The notes: generated from the letters alone by a model not told the origin. DNA of 63,296 nt, filler included, from Asterionella formosa (GCA_002256025.1; 26 parts of 26 records of this genome joined end to end with filler, not necessarily neighbours in it); one strand, 5' to 3'; counted from the first letter of the whole stretch, positions 34,680 through 46,722 are shown. Made by a program: numbers and translations.

Positions 34680-37244
34680 ATGGCCAGTATCTCTCTTGTT
34701 CACCATGGTGCAGCGGCCTCGTCGTCGTCGTTTGTATGGATTCAGAACCCTGACGGCTCTTCATCTGTAGTTTATGCGTCACATCGAATAATCAACATCT
34801 GCGCCAAGACAACGTGCACGCTAACCAACGAGCCGCTGTGGACGGTACGCCAAACGCTGCGAACAAGCCTAGCAGCACCAGCTTCCAGCACCCGTATTTC
34901 CTGTATCGTCGCAGTTGCGACTCGTGGGCCTTTGGTGTGTGGGTTCTCGGATGGGGCCGTCATTTTGTGGTCGCGTCAAGAAAGCACCGACTGGACGGAG
35001 CGCATCATTGTGGAGCCATCTGGCACGGCGCCACAACCTGCCATTGCCGCTATTGACGGTCTACTCTTGGACAGCGACGAACTGATAATTGTTACTTGCA
35101 GTCATGCTGGAGTTAATTTAGTGAAGGATGGTTCTATAACGACGTTAGCCACCTATGCTGCTAATTCAGTTCACATTAAGTACTTTGCCGACATTCCCCT
35201 GATTATACTCCTCGTCGGTACAGCTGCTCCTCGATATAACAAAATTCACGTCTATACCACTGTTCCAGGAGAAAATTTCAAGCATTCTGGAACACTACTG
35301 GGCCATGAAGATTGGATAACGGGATTTTCTTGGGATGGCACACTATTGGCGTCAGCGTCACAGGATTGCAAGATTCGATTATGGAACTTTTCGACAGTTT
35401 TTGGCGAAGTTACTGTTGATTATGACAATACTACTTCTAACACGAACTCAGATGATATTATTGAAGACAATATTGATGAAGAGATAGAACCAGAAGAAGA
35501 CGGCGAAGCACGGTTGGAGATTCATCACAGCACTGGCGTCACGCGCGTGACTCTGGAGGCACTCCTGTACGGGCACGAGGAAGGCGTCACGTCTGTCGCG
35601 TGGCATCCAAACCCTTCTTTGTATCATCAAGATCACATCTTGGTTAGTAGTAGTATGGATCGGACCCTGTTGCTGTGGTCCTGTCATGATGTAATTTGGG
35701 CGCCTTTGGCACGCGTTGGCGGGGCAGGAGGGATTTTAGGTGGTTCCCGGGGATCCACATTACTAGGATTTATACATGCGGCCGTGGAGCCAACGACGGG
35801 TATGTCTGTGATCGGACAAGCTCATGGAGGTGCCCTTCACGTGTGGACATTGGAATTTGGAGACAAGGTCGTCACAAACCATGAATCGACGACGGTTGAA
35901 CTGGCACTACGCAACAAGTGGTGTGCGACACCTTGTGTGACAGGGCATTTTGAAGGTGTGACAGATTTGGCATGGGAGACCTCAAATGGAGATTATCTAT
36001 TGACTGTCAGTGGCGATCAAACGTGCCGATTGTGGGCTCCGATAGACACATCGCTTTCCTCCAGTCACGACAACACAAGCACATGGGTAGAACTAGCAAG
36101 GCCTCAAGTCCACGGATACGATCTGACGACAATTACTTCCATTTCAACACCAGAGCATCGACACTTGGTTGTAACTGGCGCAGATGAAAAAGAGGCAAGG
36201 GCCTTTGATGCTCCTTTAATGACCACCAAGCTCCTTCGAGCTCTGGTTTGTAGTAGCGATTACATGAACGATGGATTGCAACGAGTTGAACGTGCTTATA
36301 TTCCTTCTCTTGGGTTGAGCAATAAGGCATCTGCTGATGATGGGGCCGAGGAGGATTTGGGTGATTGTGACGAGATTAATTCTGCTGACACAGAAAAAAT
36401 TAAGTTACCGCTAGAGCGAGACCTTGGAGCTGTTTCCCTGTGGCCAGAGGTTCGCAAGCTTTATGGTCACAATTCTGAACTGTTTTGTTTAACTTCAACC
36501 TTGACTGCTCAATCATCGACCGAGATTGATATTGCCTATAAGGAAGTATTAGTCGCCTCATCCGCAAAAGCGCGCGACGTGCAAGGTGCGTCCATCCGAA
36601 TTTGGGACGTTGAAAAAGGAAAATGCATTCAAATTCTTGCTGGTGGTCATAAATCCACTGTAGCCACCTTGGCCTTCTCTCCCGACGGAAGATATCTGGC
36701 ATCATCAGGTAAAGATCGGCGTTTGTGTATTTGGAAGCGACAAAGTGGTTCCGACGAGGTCACCTTTAACTTGTCAACAGCAGTTGACTCCGCTCACAAA
36801 CGAATTGTATGGAGTGTCCATTTTTGCCCGAGTAATCCAACCTTGCTGGTATCAGGATCTCGAGATGGGGCAATCAAAATTTGGCGGCTTTTCGAGACGG
36901 AAGGAGGTAGCGAAATACAACAGCTTGCAGTATTTGAGGCATCTTGTTTGCGCAATTCAAAAGCAGAATCAGTTACTGCCTTGGCTTTTTGTCCAGTGCA
37001 AAACTTAAATGGTGACTATATTCTTGCAGTTGGTTTGGAATGTGGGCTTCTCGAGCTTTGGAGAATTTCCCGATCAGGGAAAGATTGTGAATTAATGGAA
37101 GCTTTCAACTCACAACTTTGCCATATTTCTACCATTACTAAACTGGCTTGGAAGCCCAAGTCTGTAGGACGACAGATCTTGTCGAGCTGTTCATCTGATC
37201 ACGGATGTCGAATCTTTGATATTGATATTCACCAGAACACGTGA
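34680..37244 (+). CDS. ELP2: Elongator complex subunit 2 (double WD40)
   Basis: LLGHEDWI, LEALLYGHE, WVELARPQVHGYDL, PSLGLSNKA, LWPEVRKLYGH, AHKRIVW. Confidence 0.95.
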   Translation: MASISLVHHGAAASSSSFVWIQNPDGSSSVVYASHRIINICAKTTCTLTNEPLWTVRQTLRTSLAAPASSTRISCIVAVATRGPLVCGFSDGAVILWSRQESTDWTERIIVEPSGTAPQPAIAAIDGLLLDSDELIIVTCSHAGVNLVKDGSITTLATYAANSVHIKYFADIPLIILLVGTAAPRYNKIHVYTTVPGENFKHSGTLLGHEDWITGFSWDGTLLASASQDCKIRLWNFSTVFGEVTVDYDNTTSNTNSDDIIEDNIDEEIEPEEDGEARLEIHHSTGVTRVTLEALLYGHEEGVTSVAWHPNPSLYHQDHILVSSSMDRTLLLWSCHDVIWAPLARVGGAGGILGGSRGSTLLGFIHAAVEPTTGMSVIGQAHGGALHVWTLEFGDKVVTNHESTTVELALRNKWCATPCVTGHFEGVTDLAWETSNGDYLLTVSGDQTCRLWAPIDTSLSSSHDNTSTWVELARPQVHGYDLTTITSISTPEHRHLVVTGADEKEARAFDAPLMTTKLLRALVCSSDYMNDGLQRVERAYIPSLGLSNKASADDGAEEDLGDCDEINSADTEKIKLPLERDLGAVSLWPEVRKLYGHNSELFCLTSTLTAQSSTEIDIAYKEVLVASSAKARDVQGASIRIWDVEKGKCIQILAGGHKSTVATLAFSPDGRYLASSGKDRRLCIWKRQSGSDEVTFNLSTAVDSAHKRIVWSVHFCPSNPTLLVSGSRDGAIKIWRLFETEGGSEIQQLAVFEASCLRNSKAESVTALAFCPVQNLNGDYILAVGLECGLLELWRISRSGKDCELMEAFNSQLCHISTITKLAWKPKSVGRQILSSCSSDHGCRIFDIDIHQNT

Positions 37245-37949
37245 GTACTGCACTGAGACTTGAGTACCAGCCTGTGGAAAAAGGTCGAGGAAAGGTGGTA
37301 ACTGATAGTTAAGCATTCGGTTGAAATCCTAGAAAATCGTATGAATGAACCTACAAACGCCATTCCTACTGTTTCGAAATGGATAAGGCAAAGTACTATT
37401 AGATGTGTAGTACATACACGTGACAGTGTTGGCCTTGTGGCAATTCAATTTGAATGGAGCCAAAAACGTGCAGCAGCGAAAAGGTTCACAATAGATATTC
37501 ATCGTGGCCAATTCTCCCTTCAACTATTCATTTGAAATTCTTGATGAGATGTAGTTGTAATGCTTTCTCGATAAGCAAAATAGTTATCATCTATGATTAA
37601 AGTATATATGGTTGACGACTACTCGTACTCATGTTACCAAAACTGATGACGACAACATGGGCAGGTCGTATGCTTTTCACACCACTGCTGCATAGCTGCA
37701 AACATTTTGGGGAAAACATGGGCACATGCATGGTTCGATGACAGATTTGGGCACTTCAATTGATACTTGATTATTTCTACTACTAGCTCAACCCTCAGAG
37801 CCCCTTTGGCAGAGAATTAGGGGAGTGAATGAGGGCTAATAATGGATAAGTTAATATGTTTGTCGAACTTACCCTGGTACCAGGTACCGGTTGTCTATAG
37901 TCAACCTAGACCTGTGCCATCGCACAAGTTGGATGAGGGGCAAAACATG

Positions 37950-38243
37950 TGTTGAAATATATGGCGCTACTCTAGCGCGCTCCAGTACTGCCCTGGAATG
38001 ACCGGTCAAGATCTTTCTCACGCCGCTCGTCTGCAGATTCTTCTGCTATATAAATCCTGTCTATTTCCGTTTAGACATTCCTCAGACTACCTAGTCTTCG
38101 GACACCTGTCGACATCAACAGCCTAACAGACACACTCTGACACCCTCCGTTGATGCTCGACATACCACATCATCCTAATGTGTATGCTCGACACATCCTT
38201 TCCTACAGGAATTCTCATAGTGCCTTCTCGTTTTCTACGTCTC
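37950..38243 (+). repeat. Possible LTR start at the end of the long contig
   Basis: Begins TGTTG, has a TATATAAA box near 38047 and internal TGCTCGACA repeats; contig breaks here. Confidence 0.3.
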
Positions 38244-38343
38244 NNNNNNNNNNNNNNNNNNNNNNNNNNNNNNNNNNNNNNNNNNNNTTAATTAATTAAN
38301 NNNNNNNNNNNNNNNNNNNNNNNNNNNNNNNNNNNNNNNNNNN

Positions 38344-39065
38344 AGCGCTATCAAGAACAATATTTGAAAGCCAAGAAACGCGACAAGCCATCAGTTGCAG
38401 ACAAGCTTATTGATATAGTTCGGGAGCGTGGAGGACGATTCTTGAAACGTGCGGAAAGCCAGCAATATGGCGAGATACTCTGGGTTGATATTGGCGATGA
38501 ACGTGCTCGAGAGAAAACTTGTCAGGCACTAAGAGAGGGTGCTCCCGAGCTTCGGCGCCGCAAGGGGAAGGGTAGGGGGAAGGCTTTGGACGACGATGAA
38601 ACCACAGGCGATGATTCACATGACGACGACACATTGAGCAATGGTCTAGTGAACACGGAGTTGGTGAACAATCAGCGCTATATTCTTGGGTCTGGACTTA
38701 CTGAGCGTTTTGGATATGCCTGTACCTCTGACAGGAGAAACGCGGAAGCAATCAATAAAGCTGATGCCAGAGACGACGAGGGATCACAACAAATGGAAAC
38801 CTCCAATTTTGGAAAAGGACCAATAATGATCCAACCATACAAGCGACTTACACGTCGCAAAATGGAAGAGATATCTGTCGAAGGCTTGACGCAACATGAG
38901 CGTGAGCTCTACCTGGGTGCCTTTCTTCCACCCCACCCGCCACTTAACAGCGGCACAAGAAGAAAGCGAAAGATTATTATTGCTCGATCTCCTTCTGCTT
39001 TTGAAGAAACGGCAACGGATTCTGACGATGATTATTACGAGAACAGGGACATTGCAGAGGTTTGA
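38344..39065 (+). CDS. DUF6824-domain protein (diatom-expanded family), 5'-partial
   Basis: YLKAKKRDK..IVRERGGRFLK..WVDIGDERAREKTCQALRE. Confidence 0.85.
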
Positions 39066-39138
39066 AGTTTCATGATATGACTGCCTTGTCATCTCATTTG
39101 GGGGCCATTCTTTAATCAAATACGTTAGTGTGATCAAC

Positions 39139-39811
39139 TTATCGTTCCTTCAACCAATTTAGCCTAGTAACGTCAATGTGTGAACCCCAACTGGGCAGCG
39201 CAATAGATAACTGCAAGTGTGCAATGTTATCAGGTCCCACCTCGCAACCTTTAAGTTTCCTCTTTCGCGGTATAGCAATTTCGTACTTTAAAGCGTGTAG
39301 CGAAATTGAATGTCCAGAATCAAGCAGCTGAGATTTCGTAAATGATTCGGTCACACCTAATTCTCCTTGTTTGCAGCATCGACATATATCTATAGCGAAT
39401 GACGCTTCGGTGGGTGAGACTAAATCTGACGACACCGTCCCCTTGCTCTTTATTGACACCGGTTTGCACATTAGTTCAAGCGATCTTTTCATATTGCTGG
39501 TGGATTCCGAAAATCCTCCATACTGAACATCATCAACAATGGGATAACCAAGGAACTGGAGGTGCAGTCTCAACTGATGACCACGACCTGTCATTGGATA
39601 GCACAAGATCAAGCTCGTATTCGATTTATGATCGTAATCCAAAAAGCGAAATCGACTTTTGCTTGGCTTTCCAATTTTCGAAACGATTCTGATCCCAGTT
39701 GATGGATCATTTGTTAAGACCGGAGCATTAATTTCTAAGCAGTCTTCCAAGAAGTCGATGCTTGCAAGCTTGTGAAATTCAATATTTTTGAACCCAATAC
39801 ATTCTGCTGTG
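39139..39811 (-). CDS. RluA-family pseudouridine synthase, C-terminal part
   Basis: GKPSKSRF, PMTGRGHQLRLHLQFLGYPIVDDVQYG, ISLHA. Confidence 0.85.
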
Positions 39812-39911
39812 NNNNNNNNNNNNNNNNNNNNNNNNNNNNNNNNNNNNNNNNNNNNTTAATTAATTAANNNNNNNNNNNNNNNNNNNNNNNNNNNNNNNNN
39901 NNNNNNNNNNN

Positions 39912-41377
39912 CCACCACCAGCATCCATTCCTATTTTTCCACCAGAAAAGCCTCCATCTCCTGAAATTGCAATTTTCCCTCCAAACATCCCTTCTCCCCG
40001 CCGCAGTACTCGTTCTACACGCGGAATCGGGCCCACTCGTTTTGTACCAGGAGGATACCTTTCCAATGCATTCTTTGCTGGTCTTGTTGAATGTTCTGAA
40101 GTCAGTGCGTCTGATTCTGCAATGGCCTATATGTGTGCTGTAATGACCGACCCTGTCACTGGACTTCTTGAGTGTTCTGATCCTCTTATCTACGCCGCCA
40201 TGGCACGTAAAATGGACCCTGATAATCCTCGCTATCACGAGGCTATGTCTGGGCCTGATTCCGAATTGTTTCGTGAAGCTATGGTCACTGAAGTCACTGC
40301 TTTAACCAAAAAGAATACTTGGACGCTTGTGCCCCGTTCATCGGTTATTAACCATAAGGTTCTACCAGGCACGTGGGCCTTCAAGCGCAAGCTCTTTCCA
40401 GATGGTCGTGTTCGCAAATGCAAAGCACGGTTTTGTGTACGCGGGGATCTACAGAAGGAAGGTATTGACTATTTTGAAACCTATGCCCCTGTGGTCCAGT
40501 GGTCTACTGTCCGTGCGCTTTTGGTCATGTCCGTGGTTCTGGGCCTTGAGACACAACAAATTGATTTTTCGAATGCATTTTGTCAGGCCGACATTACAGA
40601 AGAACTCTATGTTGAGACGCCCAAAGACTTCGGTGACCTTCAAGGTCGTGACATGGTCATGAAGCTGAATAAATCTCTCTATGGTACAAAACAGGCCCCG
40701 CGTACCTGGTTTCTTAAACTTAAAGAGTGTCTTGAACATCGCGGGTTCCGCCAATCTGAGCTTGACCCCTGCTTTTTATCCATGCTGATATGGTATACCT
40801 TAACTATGTCGATGAATCCATTCTCATCGGTCGGGACAAGTCCCTTATTGATGCCATGATTACCAATTTGTCCCTCGAGCTTGAACTTACTCGTGAGGGC
40901 GACCTTGCCTCGTTTTTGGGCATCCAAATTGACAGGTCATCGCTTACTGCTCCCCTCAAGTTAGCACAACTGGGACTTATCACACGGATCTTAGAAACTA
41001 CTGGTCTTGTTCACGGGTCTTCCTCCCCTACTCCTGCAACACGAGAACCTTTAGGTACTGATTCTACAAAGCTCGCCCAGACATTGCCTTCGCTGTGCAC
41101 CAGTGTGCTCGATTTTCACACTGTCTGCGTGCCTCACATGAAGTGGCTCTTAAGAAAATTTGCCGTTATTTGTGTGGTACTCTAAACGAGGGTGTCATTT
41201 TTACACCTATATCGGAGTTTATATTCGACTGTTTTGTTGATAGTAACTTGGCTGGTCTTCTTGGAAGAACCGAAAACTCGAATTATCCCGTTTGCGCCAA
41301 ATCCCGCACTGGTTATGTCCTTACTCTTGCTGACTGTGCCCTTTTATGGGTTTCTTAACTAAACTACAAACCACTTT
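39912..41377 (+). pseudogene. Ty1/Copia RT-RNaseH fragment with frameshifts and an internal deletion
   Basis: KARFCVRGDLQ..ETYAPVVQWSTVR, QIDFSNAF, KSLYGTKQAPRTW, YVDE (for YVDD), KSRTGYV. Confidence 0.92.
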
Positions 41378-41477
41378 NNNNNNNNNNNNNNNNNNNNNNN
41401 NNNNNNNNNNNNNNNNNNNNNTTAATTAATTAANNNNNNNNNNNNNNNNNNNNNNNNNNNNNNNNNNNNNNNNNNNN

Positions 41478-42119
41478 TAGCTTTGTCTACTCTTATTAGG
41501 CAATTTCTACTAGTCTAGTACAAATTACCGTACTGCTCTATACTTTTGTCCCGCGTGTACAAGCGTGAGGATTGAAGACAATGCATGTGAATTCCCATGA
41601 ATTCTCGATTGCGAGACGACCAATTCGAACCAACTGTACTACAGGTGTACGAACATACTTCTGTAAGTCGACCGAATGTCCGGAGTCGTGATCGAGCATT
41701 GCTGCAGCAATAGCTCAGGTCGGCTTCTTAAGCCGAAGACGCCAGTCGAAATTATGCACATCCAGTGCCCACTTTCTTGTCATACGCTCGCGAATTTATG
41801 GTCATCAGGTCGCAATGATCCCATTGCGGTCCTGACGTTTCTTTGTGGTTCCTCAAACTCGTTTCTTTCTTTTCCATCCCACCCTCCCTGCAAGTCCGAG
41901 TTTTCGAGCCTCAAAGGCGCGACTAGAAATTTAGCCTGCCTTTGATACTGGCGAGTACTAAGCTAAAGCTTCGTTTCTCCCATACTCAGATATAGCTTTG
42001 TCTACTCTTATTAGGCAATTTCTACTAGTCTAGTACAAATTACCGTACTGCTCTATACTTTTGTCCCGCGTGTACAAGCGTGAGGATTGAAGACAATGCA
42101 TGTGAATTCCCATGAATTC
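41478..42119 (+). repeat. Direct repeat of about 128 bp (41478-41604 and 41992-42119) bracketing a hairpin-rich segment; period 514 bp
   Basis: TAGCTTTGTCTACTC...CCCATGAATTC occurs twice, apparently identical. Confidence 0.9.
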
Positions 42120-43044
42120 ATTCCTCAAAGAACAAAATACCGTACATATGACAACTACCCTCTTGTCTACCCTAGCAGTATACGGGGACCGGTATTCCTC
42201 CGTATGATCTATGTATGATGGGCCGCGTTAATATTTATCATACCTGGTACCAAACCCGATAATTATACGACAACGGCATACTTGACCTACGGTATATTCA
42301 TAACCCTAACAGCCAGATTTGAGTCCTGGAGACAAAACATAAAGATACCCGCAACGGTTATAGGAAAACACTTCGTGAATCTACATACATACTATTTCAT
42401 TTGAGGACATGAACTTGATGAGTGTCATATATAAAAATAAAGGTCTAAAGTGATGTACACACTAATGTGAGCAACTTATTGTGTTGTGAGATATTGACAA
42501 GATATTGCCACATTGGATATTCTGACCCGGAAGCCACCCACGCTTGTTCCGCCTTAGGTCCCCAAAACCAATGTAAAATCAACACCATCTGAAACAGTTC
42601 TTCATTGCACAGAGCATAGCAAAATGAGCTTCATCAAAGTTGGTATTGTACCCCCATTTACCAAGCCAAACTTCCACTCAAACTTGCTTCTTCCAACTCT
42701 GTAATGGCATCCGATAAGCTAATGGCGTCTGACAAGCTAACATCATCCAACAACCTCGCATCTGATTCTTCTTTATCGTCATCATCTGAGTGCTCCTCTT
42801 CACTTTGCAGTAGCTCTTCTTGTTGTCGCAGTGCCGACTCATGACTCATCGACGACAATATTTGTTCCGCAGTGAGCAATGTTGACATGCAAGTACTTAC
42901 ACCCGAGGAATGCACAGAAACTATGTATGACTGCGTGAGGGCGGNNNNNNNNNNNNNNNNNNNNNNNNNNNNNNNNNNNNNNNNNNNNTTAATTAATTAA
43001 NNNNNNNNNNNNNNNNNNNNNNNNNNNNNNNNNNNNNNNNNNNN

Positions 43045-43877
43045 CATAGAATACGAAAATGTAAACAGACTGCTATTATCATACATACGTTATAGTTATA
43101 GATGATTCTGATTACAATTTCTTTTTCATATTGCTTGTTTCCGCATTTGGGATGCTGTTCTTGTAATGTATGACACCTGAACTTGTCCGCATCTTTGTTA
43201 CCATCAATAAAGTGACAAGTGGCTCTCATCATTGTTGTTTGCTCATGGAAAACTCGCCGGGTATCCTATCATCAACAATAGAGGGACGAATCTCCTTCAT
43301 CAATAATATAATTGTGGTTTGCCACAGGAAAAGTTTGATATCCGTATTGTCATTTGCTTGTTGGAACTGTCCGTTGCCTCAAACCTGCTTAGCGTGTGTG
43401 TGTACACGCACACTGTCAACTTGTTTTCATTGGTATGTTATTCACTGTATTCACTGTGTTGAACTTGTCCGCATCTTTGTTACCATCAATAAAGCGAAAA
43501 GTGGCTCTCGTCTTTGTTGTTCATGCTCCTGAAAAAGCCGGTGTCCGTCGTCATCATCAATGGAGGGACAAACAAGTGTCCTTCATCATCATGGTTTGCC
43601 GCTGGGAAAATTGGTATCTGTATCGTCATTCGCTTGTTGGAACTGTCCGTTGCCTCACCTGCTTTGTGTGTACATTGCAGTGACTTACCAGACTACTAAA
43701 GTGCGTTTTATAATATCATACTCCGTAGTAGCTACCATGCTGAATACAGTTCCCCATCAACATTGAATGATTGATAAGATGATAATGTGATATCACAATA
43801 AGGGGTTACTTCGATGCGTATGTCACCAAAATATGATACTTAATATTGAATGATGTTTACCACACCGCTATGATAGG
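43045..43877 (+). repeat. Interspersed repeat family A (copy 2) with an internal ~280-bp duplication
   Basis: GAACTTGTCCGCATC at 43179 and 43461; homology ends at the Copia LTR. Confidence 0.85.
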
Positions 43878-44511
43878 TGTTAAATTGTCTAGTTGAAATA
43901 TCACAGATCTTACTTTTAAGATCTCTAAAGCTGAAAACGTATTTTCACTTTACACTTTGTTAATATTGTGAGCTTTCTGTTAATAGTCTATCTAGTCTTG
44001 TTCTTGCCTGATTACTCATGTAATCCCGAACAAGACTTCTCACACTTTCCTTGATCCCGTCAAAATGATCTTGCTTACTTTGACAATAAGTAAGCATATT
44101 CATTTGACAATAAGTGAGCAGCACTTATTCTTTTGACAATAAGTGAGCATCTGATTCACTTGTCAATAAGTAACATCTCCAGTCATTTGTCAATAAGTAA
44201 ACATCTCCAATCCAGTCATTTGTCAATAAGTAAACATCTCCAGTCATTTGTCAATAAATGACGAGATGTTTTTGGGTCTTGGTTTCTAATCACTACTAAG
44301 AATATTGATTCTCGATTCGTTGGATTCCATATATTTTATCACCCTCCCTGATCTCGAAACCAACAATCCATGGTCCCATTCATAATGTGGGTTGCATGAG
44401 TGTCATGAATTTTCTGAGTGACATTCTTTGAAAGTAGGTCTGCAGGATTCTTTAAAGTATTCACATAGTCAACTCTAATATCCCCAGCCTTCACCTTTTC
44501 TCGAATGAAAT
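43878..44511 (-). mobile_element. Copia 3' end: RNase H C-terminus, PPT and 464-bp 3' LTR (44341-43878)
   Basis: Manual translation FIREKVKAGDIRVDYVNTLKNPADLLSK..DQGG*; PPT AGGGAGGG directly before TG; LTR TGATAAAAT...AATTTAACA with internal tandem repeats at 44080-44260. Confidence 0.88.
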
Positions 44512-44611
44512 NNNNNNNNNNNNNNNNNNNNNNNNNNNNNNNNNNNNNNNNNNNNTTAATTAATTAANNNNNNNNNNNNNNNNNNNNNNNNNNNNNNNNN
44601 NNNNNNNNNNN

Positions 44612-45728
44612 TATATAGGGGGTAGGGAATCCAGAGATGAATATCATGACTCCATTCCGATAGTATTGAGTACTTTCGACAATTGTAACATCATTAACTC
44701 GAGTTGGATTAAGGTTGAATTCTAGTGGATATCGAGCCGTTGAAGTCAGAACGAGGCCATCATAGAGGTCATCAGCGGACAAAACAATGCCTTCAATTGT
44801 GAAACTTAGCAAAAAGTCGAGCTTTGTTGTTTGTACAAAAGGAGAGTGAGGGAGGATGGTGGCAAGCATAATTCATTATTTCGCTTTCTTTTATATTACT
44901 TACTGAGTGGCCGTTCCAGAGGGTTGTCACGAATTTAGTGATGGTGGAAATGTCAACATTATCAATCTTGCCTATTTCAAATGTAAAAACTGTGAGATTG
45001 ACATTGGTTCGATTCGTTATTTCGATGAAAAGCTCTGGATCTGGAATAATACCCAGGACATGGTAATCTCCAGGAGCTATTAAAGAAAGTTGTTTCCCGA
45101 TTGTCCAATTAAGGTTCCCTGGGTAAGGAGGATCTTTGGATGGAGCTAATGTCGGAGTGTGTGATAGTGCGTTTGTGCTATCACTACCTCTTTTTAGTAG
45201 AGGGGGCAAAGTTCCCGCAATCACTCCGGCAAGAACAAGGACGAATAGTGCTATCCAAATCACTGGATATTTTGAGCGTTCCTTCGCTGTCGTTCCTTCG
45301 ATGACAAGCACTGGCGCTCTCACTATACTATATATGCCCACGACGCTTTCAACCGATGCATTAATAGGAGGATTCAAACCTGAAGTGGAATTGGAAGCAC
45401 CTTCCTGTTGTGGCATTTCAACATGATGATTTTCAATGTTGTATTCTCTGGGCAACGAGGCTCCAGCGTCATGATCATCTTGCGACCCAGTATTGTCGAT
45501 AAGGCTTTGTTGTTCGGTTGCCGCTTCGTTTATCCCGACAAGCGTTGTTGCTTTTTCTTGATGCTCAATCAACCAATTCTCGACATTTGCATCGTTCAAG
45601 TCTCTGTCCCTTGTGTGTTGCTTGATCTCCTCGTCTTCCTGACTACCGGTAGACGCCATGGTCTCAACACTAACATATTCCTTTACTTCGGACATCTCAC
45701 CGCGAACTCTGAAAACATTGCTATCCAT
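44612..45728 (-). CDS. Single-pass membrane protein with a possible fasciclin-like domain; intron 44903-44822; 3'-partial
   Basis: TM segment VIWIALFVLVLAGVIAGTL; NLTVFTF, LWNGHS|LDFLL, RNGVMIFISG. Confidence 0.6.
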
Positions 45729-45895
45729 TTGTTTCTAATTCAGATTCGACACAGCAGATTCATAGTAACTTCAGCTGATAGAATATATCATTTTCCGTAT
45801 TGTATACCAGTATTATATGTATATAGCAAAAAGGGTTACCGGTACCCGGTACATATTTGTCTTCAACATTTGCTCGTCGTGGATACATGCTGAAG

Positions 45896-46077
45896 GCAAT
45901 ACACGCCCGAGGTGGTCTCTTGCCTGCGAGTATACATGTGTTCGAGGCTGGGTGGCGCGAGTAGGTTGACCGTACGAGTGGCGCCCCCGGCGCTGCGAGA
46001 AGGTCACCCTACGAGTGCCATCCCAGTCGAGTACACATGTATACGAGAAGGCAAGTAGCCGCCGAGAAGGGTATTGT
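45896..46077 (+). other. Rod-like fold-back element with five in-register CGAG/CGAG motifs (structured RNA or ssDNA)
   Basis: Arms pair stem by stem around a CCC loop at about 45986-45988; wobbles are G-T on the + strand. Confidence 0.8.
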
Positions 46078-46177
46078 NNNNNNNNNNNNNNNNNNNNNNN
46101 NNNNNNNNNNNNNNNNNNNNNTTAATTAATTAANNNNNNNNNNNNNNNNNNNNNNNNNNNNNNNNNNNNNNNNNNNN

Positions 46178-46722
46178 CACATAGCTATAGTTATAGAATG
46201 ATTCTGATTAGAATTTCATTTTCATATCGCTCGCTCGTTTCTGCATTTGGCATACTGAACTTGAATTAACTATTGAACTCGTCCGCATCTTTGATACCAT
46301 CAAGAGAGCGAAAGCAAGTGGCTCTTTTCATTGTTGTTTGCTTGTAGAAAGAATTTGATATCCGTATCATCATTTGCTTGTTGGAATTGTCCGTTGCCTC
46401 AAACCTGCTTGGCGTGTGCGTACACACACTGTCGACTTGTTTTCATTGGTATGTTGTTCTTGTATTGTATTCACTGTTGAACTTGTCCGCATCTTTGTTA
46501 ACATCAATAGAGCGACAAGTGGGTTTCTTCATTGTTATTTGCTCCTGGAAAAGTCGGTGTCCGTGTCATCCTCATCAATAGAGAGACAAGTTCTTTCGCT
46601 GGAAAAATTGGTACTCATGGTATCATCATTCGCTCGTTCGAACCATTGTCCGTTGCCTCAAACCTGATTAGCGTGTGAGTACCGGCATGTGCACTGTCGA
46701 CTTTAGTACATTACAGGTAGAG
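46178..46722 (+). repeat. Interspersed repeat family A (copy 3)
   Basis: Close match to the reverse complement of 13665-14030 up to ..TTACAGGTAGAG. Confidence 0.85.

Noticed and set aside
41770..41845. Hammerhead ribozyme on the minus strand (GAAACGTC ... CTGATGA)
   Set aside because: The core words are present, but stems I and II do not close in the required register.
43170..43766. Cys/Val-rich ORFs recurring at 13706-14014, 43170-43766 and 46374-46667
   Set aside because: Frames are not conserved between copies of repeat family A, so the sequence is non-coding.
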